Part shown: positions 1 through 13,655 of the stretch, piece after piece
How positions within the stretch are numbered: position 1 is the first letter of the stretch
Layout of the letters: each line of letters starts with the position of its first letter
NCBI RefSeq assembly: GCF_031769215.1
Contig: NW_026782038.1
Location: 310,001 to 374,000 of the forward strand
Direction: 5' to 3'
Origin: Ylistrum balloti
Taxonomy: Eukaryota
DNA: 64,000 bases
The notes under the pieces: model-generated
What the model saw: the letters and a program-made list of their open reading frames with translations, nothing else
What the model was told of the DNA's origin: nothing
Databases searched by the model: none
Made by a program: the position numbers and the translations under genes

Positions 1-1060
1 GATGATATTCACAATAAGGTCCTAAAATATCTATCAGAGTCATCATTAGAAAAACTTATTATTTCTAATTCTATTTTTTGATCGGGAAATGTCCCAAAAT
101 CATGGTAAAAGGCAACTGTGATTCCTATCCACAAACAGGTTAAAGATACGATAGATTCCTCCAGTGACCGCCCAATATCACTCAAGAGTTGCGATTGTAA
201 ACTCTGGAGCGAATGATAAATTCAAGATTAATTTTGATATCTGAATCCAATCATAATATCACCCCTACAAAGCGTTTTTATATCTAAGCGAGGTACCAAC
301 GATCATATGTTTACACTTGAAACCTTTGTGCATGAGGCTTTTCTAAAGAAGGAGTACTTGGTTGCTGTTTTCTTCGATTTGGAAAAGGCTTACGACACAA
401 CGTAAACATACGGCATAATGAAAGATCTGCACGGTATAGGTGTTAGAGGTAATCTACCAAATATTGTTTCAAATTTCCTATCAGATAGAGTATTTGAATT
501 CTGTAATGGAACGACCCTTTCCGGTGTTCATCATTAGGAAATGGTTGTACCACAAGGTAGCATTCTCTCGGTTACATTTTCTAGACTTAAAATTAACAGT
601 ATTGTCAAAATATTATCCCTTCAATGCAGGGCGCTCTATATGTCGATGACTTCATTATATGTTATCGATCAAGGAATATGAATACCATCGAAAGACAACT
701 ACAACACTGTTTGAATCGACTCCAAATTTGGAAAGATGAAAATGGATTGAAATTTTCACAATCAAAAACAGTTAGTAAGCATTTTTGTCAAATGCGGAAA
801 CAACACGACAATCCAAGTCTCCGGTTGTTGAGCAAACCAACTTCCTCGGACAACTCCGACAGTAAATTGTCGTTCCTTCCGCATAGAAAATACCTTAAAG
901 CTAAATGCTTTAAGGTACTGAATATTCTAAAGGTGGCGCCCCACAGTGGTTGGGGAGCTGATAGAAAAGTGTTGCTAAGACTTTATGGAGCTCTTATAAG
1001 ATCAAAATTGGACTACGGTTCCATATATAACTGGAAAATCTTCCAGCTCTTGTCTATTTC
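1..1060 (+). mobile_element. Degenerate non-LTR retrotransposon (LINE) reverse transcriptase fragment, frameshifted
   Basis: RT motifs spread over several frames: IPIHKQVKD..RPISL, VAVFFDLEKAYDT, VPQGSILSVT, LYVDDFIICYRS, LIRSKLDYGS. Stops and frameshifts lie between them. The pattern resembles I-group LINEs. Confidence 0.9.
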
Positions 1061-2139
1061 ATCAACTTTTTCTGGTGCATTTGGATATTTTTTCTTTTTG
1101 CAACGATACCAGTTAATGTCTTTACAGAGAGATACCTTAAACGAAGTATTATAATAATGAATCATTGTGTGCTGATGAAATGATGTTACTGGTGGGTGGG
1201 GGTTGCCAAGGAGAGAGACGCCATCTTAGATCCGTTGCTATATTTCATCTTGACCGAGAAATACATGACTACATCCGATTAAGCAGGAGACACTTTGACG
1301 CATCACTCATGTAGAATGCAGACAAACCTCGGGCTATTACAAGGTGTTTACGATTTTGCAAATCAAATGGAATGACCGATTTATGTCAATTGGAACTGGC
1401 ATCTAGCGACATTTAATCTATTTTCAGTAAATATTGTAAAACGTTAATCCTATATTCAGCCAGATCTAGTTCTGAAGCTATGAAATTGGATCATGACCTT
1501 TTTCGTCATGGTTTCTACATTTCAATTTTTAACTTCTTTTAATACTTCGTAAATAACCATAATGTAGTTTAAACGTCTCAGATTGCTTAAACCACGGTCT
1601 AAACTAAACGTGAGCATTTTGAATCGGCGTTCAACCGACTGACTGAACCATTCCATATACAATATCAGACCATTTAAACTTCTTTTCGAAATGGACGTTT
1701 CCAGTCAATCAAGTTAAAGCGATATTGCTTTATCAGCATAGACCAATCAATCGACATCAGCAATTTTGATTGCTGTTGAGCATGCGTGAAATCATGAAAT
1801 CACTCATGTTGAAAGGGAAAATAATGAAAACAGGACGAGTTAAAAAGCAAACGACATTCTCGAAATTTTGTAAATTACTCTTTAACATTGTTGAATGGAT
1901 CAGGGACAATGATAATACATACGAATACTAAAAACTATGAATTTGTTTCACAAAACTTTTATTCAACATAATTTGGTCCATGTGGATCTAAATCTACAAT
2001 TGTAAGGAAGGGAAGCAACCCTGACAAATAATCCGGCGAAACCACTATCTTTATTTACGAACACAAGATATATAAACTATCGTTGTCTAATATAATAAAC
2101 CAAATATCGCTGAATTGGAAGAGTTCACCCAATGAATAA

Positions 2140-4950
2140 TCACTCTATGGACATACCAAGTAACCTGATACCCTTAAACGATGTCAGTGTGTCGCTTAAG
2201 TCTTTTGTAGGCGTACTGATAATGGGCACATGGGTCACGCTCTCATTCGGTGTGCATTCCTCTTCCTCCGGGATCTTGTCAAATTCAGAAAGTACTTCTT
2301 GTGTGAGTATTCTTCTCAAATTTTTCTGCGAAGTTTGACGAGTCTTTGCAGATGATGGAGAAAAGGGTTCGTTCTGCTGAACCGGTTCAACTCTGGTGGA
2401 CGCGTCATTATCTGAATAACCATTATCTGTAACGTGGATTCCTATGTCGAATTTTCTTTGGCCAGCTGAAATCCGCGGAGGTCCAAGTATTTTGTAGTAC
2501 TTCAATATAGGGGCTAAAAGCAAAGATGATGTAACTATGTTCATATATATTATGTTCATTCTATTTATCAACCAACTCGTTGTGAAATGTATTCAGCATT
2601 ATATCTTAATTTTAAGAGAGTTCCCTTATTTCAAGCTGAAGTCCAATCCTGTCTGCATAATCATGATATTGGAATGTCGATAATGATAAGAAAGACGGCG
2701 TTTGAACGACTTGAAGTGTTTCTTTTAAAGCATTGTAAAACATTCCTTACTACACTATCGAAAACTAATAGTCTTTATGTTTACCTGCAAAGATAAACAA
2801 TAAATATCGGCATATCAGAGTTCATTGTGACGTTACGTCTAATAGAAACTGGCAAGCGGTTTCATGTAATAACGACGTCAAATCAAAGTCCCGATTAAAT
2901 GTGAGGGCTGGTACAGATATGTAAGAAAATGTATGTTTATAGCCTCTAAACAGAAACAAAGTCGAAACTGTTTAACTCTAGATATTGATTTGTGTAACAG
3001 ATCTCTGTAACAGGTTATGAGAGATAAATTACTTTGTGTTGTTATTGATAAATCTTTGACAAGGTCAGAGCACGTTTCATTTATTTTTGGCAAAATAAGG
3101 CAAAGATTAAGCCTATTGCGTCGTATAAGTCCATATCTACCCACGGAAGGAAAACTCAGTTTTTTTCCATGCTTGCATTTTGCCACATTTTGTAAAGTGT
3201 AGTACGGTATAGCCAGAGTGGAAATATAATGGGCAAGCTCCTGATTGCTCAGAAACAAGCAGCCAGAATGATTCTTAATGTAACACTAGATACTCCTTCC
3301 AAATACATTTTTGATTTTTTACGGAGGACGCCACATTAAACTAGGATGTACTACACATTAAACTCCATTAGGTGTACAAACTAGGATGTACTACACATTA
3401 AACTCCATTAGGTTTACAAACTAGGATGTACTACACATTAAACTCCATTAGGTGTACAAACTAGGATGTACTACACTCTAACTACATTAGGTTTACAAAC
3501 TAGGATGTACTGTTGTCTGTTGACTTTACTACATCATTAATTAAGCTGTCAATGCAACATATGATTAAGAGCCAAAAGAGGATAGACTAAAAAAGAAAGA
3601 AAAATATTTAACTATATAATTGATCAAGATAATTAGTAACCATTATTGTAGCTCAATTTTATTAACTTGGTGAAGTTAAACTCACCTATTGGCTGTCTTG
3701 GGTGTATTGGGTTTGCCGTCTACGATAATGAAATAGAAACAATCAATTAAAGCCTAATAACCTAAAGATTGTATAGTTATCGTTGTTAACAACTATGTTA
3801 TTCATGAGATGGCGTTGTAAGTTGCTGCTGTTTCGTAAATTCAATAAATGGAACTGCACGTGCCGAATAGGTAGTTGAATTAGAAGAACTTTCACTAAAC
3901 TGCTATTGAAAATGTTCTAGAAATATAGTCTTAACTGTAAGTATTATTGTAAAATGAAAAATCATAGGTAAACTGAAACCAAGTTTAAAACAAAAACTCA
4001 AACGTCTGTCGAACTGGAGTTATAATTGAAAACTTTACCTTACCTTACATTTATCGTGGACACTGTGTGCAATATCAACGTTTACTGAAAAACAAAGAGA
4101 TATAGATAACATACAGTTATGTTCCGAGATACAGGATGTTGAGGGTGGAGATAGGGATTTAAACGTACTCGTTTTCAAATTTCCATCCTTTTCTTCTCCA
4201 GTGTTTGATCTTCCAGAGATAGGTGATCGGGTCTGTTCCAAACAGAAATTTAAATTCTTAATAAATGGTGTATATATCGTAGTTTACCTTGCCAGAAACC
4301 AGAGCATAACATATAGTCATGATTATATATTCACGGACCAAGCCAGTTATATATATTATATATATGTATGATATTTTGATGATTTAGGCCTATATTGAAT
4401 GTCGTCCCAGTCAAAATAATATTGAGTCTTACCTTTGGAATTACACTGAAGGTCCTTTCGTCTGGCGAATCAGGTATAGAAACTGAAATTCGATCAATTT
4501 TACAGACTATTTATTGGATTTATATCATTAACAAATAATTATGATAATAAAATTTTGAATATAACAATATGCCACAGTTTACAGGCTTCAGCGAGGTTAA
4601 ATACAAATCTAATTTGTTCTGGTTATCTCCCTTCCCTACACCGGCCTAAATGCTTCGTTGACATTACTAAGTTAAGGTTAGGAAGTGCACACAGTTAGAT
4701 AAAATTGACCAACCACTCTTTTGCTTTAATTACATTATGATATATTTGAAACATGTTACAATCTTGATTAAGTTATATGTAGATTTACATTAAAATGTCA
4801 AATATGAAAACGGATGGATAAACGTTATCATTCATTCGTTCATAACTTACATATATTTTACTTACTGTTTGAAATATCCCAAATATTCGAAGTGTCTTCA
4901 TTGATGTCAGTGTCGTCAATACTGACGTCCGAAAAGTAATCTCCCATCAT
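2140..4950 (-). CDS. Gene E: 5-exon orphan protein, 243 aa, S/T/P/D/E-rich, probably largely disordered
   Basis: join(4950-4866, 4482-4433, 4232-4044, 3719-3686, 2513-2140). All introns are GT-AG with matching phases 1,0,0,1; total 732 nt with no internal stop. Sequence runs MMGDYFSDVSIDDTDINEDTSNIWDISNISIPDSPDERTFSVIPKTRSPISGR...HDKCKTANPIHPRQPIAPILKYYKILGPPR...GIRLLGMSIE*. No recognisable domain. Confidence 0.6.
2990..3290 (+). mobile_element. LINE ORF2 C-terminal fragment (decayed), antisense within an intron of gene E
   Basis: Translations LTRSEHVSFIFGKIRQRLSLLRRISPYL and KLLIAQKQAARMIL match the post-RT region of L2/CR1-group LINEs. Confidence 0.65.
3338..3511. repeat. 40-bp minisatellite, about 4.4 copies
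   Basis: Unit AAACTAGGATGTACTACACATTAAACTCCATTAGGTGTAC starts at 3338, 3378, 3418 and 3458, then a partial copy. Confidence 0.95.
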
Positions 4951-5590
4951 CTTGAAGTTTGTAGCGATGTGTCATTGAAACTTTCTTATGGTAGAAAATA
5001 CATGTCTTTGATTGGCTAAAATACATACGATTGTAATTGCTAAAAAAGACTGTGGATATAAATACGGATTGCATTATCTCAAGTAATGTAATATAGCACT
5101 TAGGGAAACTTCTCCAATTTTAACGAAATAAATACAAGTGTCCAAATTATTATTCATTTTGGTCGGAAATGGTGCGTTACCCAAAGTATCTATTTTCCTG
5201 ATGTTCTGGTATCTGATAGCGGACATATTTCCAGATATTTTTTTTTTATTTCATCTCGTCACGGTATATACATACACAAGCCTACTATTTATATTATGGT
5301 TGAGCTCCGGTTTTTGTTTCAACTCTTTTTAATTAGAAATTTGTAATGAAAATAGTTTATGTGCCATGTGCCACTAATTATGCACTGTATGATAGTACGT
5401 GACGAGGAAATCCATTGAACTGCCGGGATTATTATGTCTTGTTTCTGTAGAATTAAACGTAGTAAATAAACCACCACCCCAACAGTTTCATAAAATATTT
5501 GTTTTATTAAAAAGTAGAAATATAATAAATATGAATAATTATGATATGACAACAGAATTACAAGGTTACCATGCAAATGATAAAACATAG

Positions 5591-6470
5591 CATAGCAATA
5601 ACACAAAATATCATACATACATAGAATAGAAATGATACACCATTATACACAATTACCATAGCAATAACACAAAATATCATACACACTTAGAATAGAAATG
5701 ATACACCATTATACACAATTACCATAGCAATAACACAAAATATACACACATACACACAATAATAACACATAACACAAATAGCAAGAAATGATACACCATT
5801 ATACACAATTACCATAGCAATAACACAAAATATCATACACATACATAGAATACAAATGATACACCATTATACACAATTACCATAGCAATAACACAAAATA
5901 TCATACACACTTATAATAAAATGATACACCATTATACACACTTACCATAGCAATAACACAAAATATCATACACACTTAGAATAGAAATGATACACCATTA
6001 CCATAGCAATAACACAAAATATCATACACACTTAGAATAAAATGATACACCATTATACACAATTACCATAGCAATAACACAAAATATCATACACACTTAG
6101 AATAGAAATGATACACCATTATACACAATTACCATAGCAATAACACAAAATATCATACACACTTAGAATAGAAATGATACACCATTATACACAATTACCA
6201 TAGCAATAACACAAAATATCATACACACTTAGAATAGAAATGATACACCATTATACACAATTACCATAGCAATAACACAAAATATCATACACACTTAGAA
6301 TAGAAATGATACACCATTATACACAATTACCATAGCAATAACACAAAATATCATACACACTTAGAATAGAAATGATACACCATTATACACAATTACCATA
6401 GCAATAACACAAAATATCATACACACTTAGAATAAAATGATACACCATCATATACACACTTGGAATAGAA
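5591..6470. repeat. 66-bp minisatellite, about 13 copies, decaying to about 6780
   Basis: Unit AATTACCATAGCAATAACACAAAATATCATACACACTTAGAATAGAAATGATACACCATTATACAC, period 66 (e.g. 6061, 6127). Confidence 0.95.
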
Positions 6471-7613
6471 ATGATATATTATCATACACACTTCCAGTAG
6501 AAGGTGTAGTGTAAACGCACTTGTCTTTCACCCAGGCAACAGGTTTTTGTGATATGTGCCTAAGTTGATAAATAACATCTATTATAGAACATGACACAAA
6601 CTTAGCATAAAACAGAATATTGTAAACTCTAAGCATTAAATGGAAAATTATAGATATCATCATACTCAGGCGGCATAGCACACTTAGCATAGAAATAGAA
6701 TGCGACCTCAACAGGACAAACATTACCATACATACATAGCATAGACATAGATCATACACGCTTAGCATAGAAACAAAATATTATATCACACACAAGAAAT
6801 ATACTTTGGAACTTCATCAATCCAGAAACACAAGGGTGTTCAAATTAGCAAACGCACAGGAATAATTCCTTTTTAATGAGCTAGGATTTTCAAATGACAT
6901 TTTATATCAACATAGCCATTGTTCATCTGTTCCATTGTAGACTAACTTAAGATGTACTTTCAAATAAATAAATTATGTCCTCGTTATCGATGGGTAAAAG
7001 CACTAAAGTACATTAATGTAAGTTTGAAAATTATTTGACTAACATATTCTGATATTTTCCAAACTGAAATGAGCTCTTACATAGATTTCATGTGAAGGAT
7101 ATACCTTCTATATCTTCTCGAGAACACATAAAATTGTATAGGTTCATCATCATTCAAATGGAATCTCACTTTATACAAAATAATAACTGTCAAACAGCAT
7201 TTCATTGTGAACACGAGTTAACACAGTTATTCAGCTACTATCACATGAGGTTTAGCACAAAGTTGGAGCACTTTTTTAGATTCAAACGACATCGTTCACA
7301 AATTGTCATTTTTTCTTCAGGAGACTTGTCCAGCAAGTCTAAAATTAAACGTGTTTATCTTCAGATTTATTGAGAATCACCCAAAAAGTTTCTCTTCCTT
7401 TCTCGAAAGGACAATTGTCCAGCAACTCTACGAGACATTCTGAGCAATAATTGTCAGCAACTCCGTGTGTAAAATTTGTCGGTGTATTTGAACATAACCT
7501 TTACTGAAATTATCTAGAGTGTGCAATGATCCAAAATAGTCTGATAAAAACGTACTGTCTCAGCAAGTCTCCAATGTTCATTGACACGAAGCAAAATTTA
7601 CATTTTAGTATGT

Positions 7614-8487
7614 TCAGCAGCTCTCAAAGGAACACTCCGGGGCGCCATATACATTAAAACAGGAACATTTGTTACCACATTTGTCCACAATAACTGTCTT
7701 TCCAAACGGTATGAAAGTGTTCTGATGACGACAACCTTTTTAAAATAGAAAAAAAGATACTTACATGTAAATAGTACATAGAATCATATTAATCATAAAG
7801 TAAGATTTAATGACTGATGTGAATTTTTCTTTCTTTCTTTCTTTTTCGGAAATATTAACGTCTTCGTTAAATCTTCGAGAAGTGAAATGTTTTAATATCA
7901 ACTGTGTTAGAATTATTTGAAATTGTCATAAGGACTTGTTGGTGAGTGACTTACCTTGTCGACACTGGCATTTAAGGTTGGGGATCCAGTCTGGACACTG
8001 CCAATTGTCAGCGAAAACACACTCTTCACCAGAGGCACAGCCACGGCTGTAAACAGGAGTAACATATTGTCAATTTGATACAGAATTATAAAATGCCAAA
8101 CAGATTCAAGCACGGCTGTATCCAAAATTCAATATCAACCGCTAAGATTAATTACCTTGTACGGCATCGGGACACTGAAGCAGGAACGCGCTGTACCGCA
8201 TTAGGCTGTGTCTGCCAGAACTCTCCTGTCATTGGTCGTACAGTTTGCTGCTGGGACGAAATGGCGGGAATCTGTGGAATTGTAGGAAACTGTGACGTGT
8301 ACGTATTTGGGAAGAGCTGCTGTCCTGGCAACAAGACGCTGGATGTACTTGGGTAAATTATGTTTGGAAGCTTTGAAATGATCATCGGCCCACTTCCTGG
8401 TCTAAATTGATGATACCGGTGAGCACTTATTGGGGCTACCGCCAGAACCAAAGTGACGAGAAACAATAATTCAGTTGATGTACACAT
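7614..8487 (-). CDS. Gene A: secreted 181-aa protein; signal peptide, P/Q/S/I-rich spacer, C-terminal 12-Cys domain
   Basis: join(8487-8156, 8046-7955, 7735-7614), phases 2 and 1, GT-AG. Signal peptide MCTSTELLFLVTLVLAVAPISA. Domain CRTSRGCASGEECVFADNWQCPDWIPNLKCQCRQGCRHQNTFIPFGKTVIVDKCGNKCSCFNVYGAPECSFESC* aligns Cys-for-Cys with B, C and D. Confidence 0.9.
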
Positions 8488-11400
8488 CTTGTTTCTGAGC
8501 TTTAACGAAATATTTGCTACTGCCGTGAAATTAACTCTACAATTGAACTTATTTGTAGAACTTTAAGGTATAGATTCTCAAATAAAGTTGATGTGAGCCG
8601 GTGAAGTGTTGAGACAGGTGTGATGAGATCCGGATTTATTCCATCCATATATATAGGAAATTTCCATTTTGTTTACTTTCGTCATGCTTTCACTAGGTAT
8701 GACAGTCTGGTAATCTCAGGTCATCCACACATGGCCTACGTACATGAAAACCGACATCTATCAATCATCTGTCACGACCGGTCATCGGAGGATAGTCCTC
8801 GACACGTTATTGGCTTAAATTGACCTTTGATATAAATGTTTGTGACGTCGAAACGTACGCTTGTACTTCGACCATTGAAGATTTTTCCCAAATAAGGCAA
8901 ACGTGACCTTTGACACGTGTACCATTTGGCTTCATTGAGATTTAGTTCCAAATATGGTCTTGTAGTACAATGTACTATGAATGACGCATACCGAAGTAAT
9001 GATTTTCGAAATTTTAGCTGGAAAAAGACAGATTTCCCATTCCAAACTCCCAAAAAAAATATGGCATAAGTGATTAAAAACCCCATGAAATGGATATTAA
9101 AAATACTTAACACTTGTAGATGATGTTCTTGTTTTGTTCTTGACGCACAGGCTATTGTTCGTAATTATGGTCACAAAATGTTGTAGGACTAAGCTATATT
9201 CTCAGCTCAGTTTTTCCAATATAACTGATGTAATATATGATGGCTTCTTATATCATTTATTAGAAACAAACAACAATAGCGACCAAAATGTGATTTTATT
9301 TTCACAAGTCAATACCCTGATACTGAATTAATCGATATATACCAACAAAGTATGGACATGGCGTTACCTAATGCGAAGGGTTTTGACTGTCTAACCGCGA
9401 TTTTATGTTTTCATATTGGTTGCGTCGATGGCCTAAACCCCCCTCTGTATGAAAAAACAGGAATTTAGCAACTCATAGAAGGATTGGTAGTTATAACTTT
9501 TTTCAACTTACTTGCATACAGCTCGAAGCAATTACATGTTGTAAACTAACGACATTTCCACTCATTTCTTTCTAAACACTTTTCAGTTTAATTCTGTAAT
9601 GACTGTCACTACGGAATCTCTTTAACATTGTCCTTGTAAACATTCAAAAAAGTAAACTCTCGCGTGTTTGAGAGAAATAGTAGATTTACAAAATTAAGTC
9701 CAGAGAGATTTCGTAATGGCGACCATAGCAAAATATGCTGGAAATTGATCGTTAGGGAAAATGGTGTTTTGTATTTAACTGTCGCCTAAGTGACCCGAAC
9801 TGTGAACGCAAGGAGGGCAACGGAAATGAATGCTTCAAGGTTCACCCCATATAATATTTCGTGACTTTAAACATCCTTTCCCCTTTTATAATATTGACTA
9901 CTCCGTGTCTAGTTTTGACAACACGCCAGAAAATGAATAGAATTCATGAAATGATTGATGATGTTTCTGACAACAAGCAGCCCTATTTAGCTCCAATTAA
10001 GCTCGACTTTGAAATCCTCTGATGCAACGAACTTCAAATAACAATTTCTAAAATAAAATATGTAAATAAAACGGATGTCGTGTAATATGTGCTTTGTTAC
10101 TGTTTAAAATCCTCGCTATGATCAAATTAGTGAACTTAGAAAAGTCGTAATGACGATAATGTCAATATCATTACCTGGATACACTATATACCAATGAATG
10201 AAAATGACGTTATCATTGGTTTATTTTTTATTAACAAATACGCTCGTTGCTCGTGGTTGGAGTATTCCTACTCATTTCAGAAATTGCAACCACAAGCTAA
10301 ACTCGAAACGAAAATTAAAGGATATAAAAAATATTACAAGGTTTGACATGCTTGATAATTATGCATTGAAAATATCAACAACGTTAACATGCCTATGAGA
10401 CATGCCTAGCTCCATGTTTACTGGTCACGAATGCGAGTGGTCAGCTAAGGTCAAAGATGACAAATGCCATGCTAATCAATTAAAGCTAGATCATTATTCA
10501 GACACACTGAATCACGAGATTGTGAAATAAACACATTGATGTCGTGTTTTCCTGTCAGATGAAACCAACCACTACGATACCGATCAGTCTTTACTGTTTA
10601 CCCCAGAAATATTCCAATTGTCAACTCAACACAACATCAACTCTTAAAAGTACGTGATTGATCAGTCCAATCATCCACATTGTTCTTGGCTTTATATGAA
10701 GCAGATTTATGATTTTACATGATTTATTTTTTATTCTATATGAGATTTGATTAAATGAGTCTTAGATTTTTCACTTACCTGCCTTAACGGATCGTGCAAT
10801 GGAAATTATGTATAATGATATGTTAATGATTACGATGTTCAGTGACATTCCAGTGATTAGGCAAGGATAGCAATCTCTCGACCTTATTTATTGCTTAATT
10901 TTCGAGATAACCGGGCACGCAGTTTTGTGTTAATATAGATTTCTATATGAAATACAACATACGTAACACTTGATTAATTAAATAAAGCAGGGTCGTGCTC
11001 AGTAAGTTACAGTGACCAACTTTTTATTAAATGAAACGCGTAGTCACAAACTAGTGAAGTATTAACAATTGTGCATTGAATGAAAGAAAATAGTGCTAAT
11101 ACCGCTGTCTTTGACGCAACTTTCACAGATCAGGAATCTCAACAAACAGTTTTGAGCAAATTCTTACATCGGAGTGGGAACACCATATGCCATGTCATTT
11201 GTAGTGTTAGATATTGTAAAGCATCAACTTATGATACCAGCTGATTCTGATATAGCTGAAGGTTCATATAAGTGTAATTTAATTCACTCTCTAAGAATAT
11301 TCTGACGTACCCTAGCCTTCACAGACCCGACGTTTCAATTAGTTAAAAACAGTACCATCCCAAAGCGGTGGTTTTACCGTCCAATGACGTAGAATGTCAC

Positions 11401-12123
11401 CACTGCCAAAAAAGGAACAGAACTTTCAAAAATATATCTAGCCAATTCCATCATGTGATTGTAGGTAGGTTTTACCCATTTAATCCATTTGGAGACCGGG
11501 GTGTAGAAGGAATTCATGAAATAGATATGTTTTCTTCTTCTTTCTTAAATGTTCTTCGTTTTTAATTATCTAATTGTAGATTTAAAGGAACAGGCACCAA
11601 GCGAATATCAATGTGTGTTCTAGATGTATTTTATAATCTGCTGGACATGAACACCATTAATTGTTAACCGAGAAACGTTTCGATGTCGCAACGCTAGTTG
11701 GTGAAAAGAATAAGCATACCATAACAGGCAAGATTTCCTTTCACAGCACGTGCGCAACTTTCGTGCCTAATTGAACTGCATCAGATACTGACGAAACCAA
11801 TCGTGTTCTGTAACGTTTTAATTAACAAGACTCGTTGAAAAAAAAAATCGCTTGCAAAGTATCACGGCAGTGTCCTATTGGGATCAGAAGCATTGGAAAG
11901 ATTCAAAGTTAAACATATGAAAAGTATTTCAACGTTCTTTCACACTGTCGTAAATTTCGGCGGAGATCTTTTTGAATATTTTACTTGTAAATTTAGTGAA
12001 GCAAGGCGTTAGAAAAAACATTTAAACAGTGTGAAGAAGATTGACATTCGAGAATTATCAACCTTCTTAGGAATTTAATGTGATAAAATTGCTATTTTTT
12101 TTTTTTATAAATAACTCCCGATC

Positions 12124-12335
12124 TGTAGAAGATTAGAGTGTGACGTTTCGATGACAACACAAACACCTTCATCTCATAGTACAATCAGTAGAAGATCAGA
12201 GTGTGACGTTTCGATGACTACACGGTCACTTTCATCAGATAAATGGCCAGTGTGACTCGTACTAGCACTGACGTATAGATTACATACTGGTCATTTGTCT
12301 GATGAAGGCGACAGTGGTGTCATCAAAAGTAACTC
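12124..12335. repeat. Small foldback/direct-repeat element with three degenerate hammerhead-ribozyme-like cores
   Basis: Minus strand 12238-12205 reads CTGATGA-A-AGTGAC-CGTGTA-GTCATC-GAAAC-GTC. A second minus copy lies at about 12175-12141 and a plus copy at 12299-12331. Arms 12239-12251 and 12286-12298 are inverted copies. Confidence 0.55.
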
Positions 12336-13655
12336 ATTAATCTTCCACTGGTTGTGTTATAAGTACCTCTATTAACTTTCGACCTGATTTTCTTTTTCCT
12401 GAAGTTTTTCGTAAATGTCCCTTTCTTGCTACATCATCTTTGGCCTCTAAGTAGAACAATCCGAAGGTTATGAGTTCTTTCTACAAACTGTGATAACTAA
12501 AGTCATTGAAATGGAGCTGTGTGCGCAGTGTCTGGTGCTAAATGTGCCCGCTGACAATGTATTATGTCCGTTACCGGTAGGGTGTCCTGCTACCCTTTCC
12601 AGATTATGACATCTCAGTGTGATGACACAGTGGCCCATCCTGTGATGGACTGAAATGAATTTCAATCAAACACCCACATAAACACAAATGTCATACTCAT
12701 CCAACACTGTTCAGCATTTCAGTATTACCAGGATGAACTGGAAGAGGGACACGAATCACCTGGATCATACTATGTAATAATGGAATAAAAACCCTGTTTC
12801 ATATTTATGAAGCATTTTATTATAAAAAGCAATAATTTAATACAGAAATTGATATACAATGGTATAAGGATTTCATATACATGATATATCTTAAAGGTGT
12901 CATTACATTGACATAAATACGTAAATTAATGGGGACACAACGCTATGATAATTGAGCACAATAGGTAGCACATATTAGGATTCCATGATTAACAGGGACA
13001 CATTATGTAAAAGACATGAAACTTATGTCCAGTTTCTGCCTTTTATGTTTAATGAATTAGTAACCACGCATCCTACAGTCGCCCTCGCTTTCAATTTTTC
13101 TTTTCTCACTTCACACGTCGATGCTTTCATAAACTTGTTTTGAAAACTAAACATCCAGAACTAGTGACACTACCAGACCTCTTTTCAATGTTACAAACAG
13201 TCAAAATTAACTCATTCCGTGTCTAGTTGAATATCTGTTGCTACCATTAACTTTTTTAAAAATATTTTGCTGCATTTACCGTGCATTTCTAAAATTGTTA
13301 TATGTTAAATAAATTAAAGTTCTTCGCTCTCCGTCCGAAATCTCACGTCAATATTCAATTGTAGCAGTTCACATACTAATATTCAATATTTTTACTCTCT
13401 ATTCTTGAGTTTAATTTCCATTGTGCGGTGAGTTTCTGTTCTATTTGAATTTCAGGACTATATAGTATTTACGACATTTTTCGTTTCAACCAAACTTGTT
13501 AACACATTTGATTAATAAGGAAAGTTTGTGGTTAACAGTATAAATAATGTCAAATAGTTTTAACCTCAGACCGTATCTTTGAATCGTCCCTTTTCATGTT
13601 AGATAATAATGTTTTCTTCCTTGTTTTTTTTCTAACAACCGACATCGTTTGAAGA

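Noticed and set aside
12470-12660. Cys-rich-looking GC-richer patch between genes A and B, tested as a fifth paralog
   Set aside because: It has stops in all plus frames and none of the CVFA, FIP.G or D.CGN motifs on either strand.
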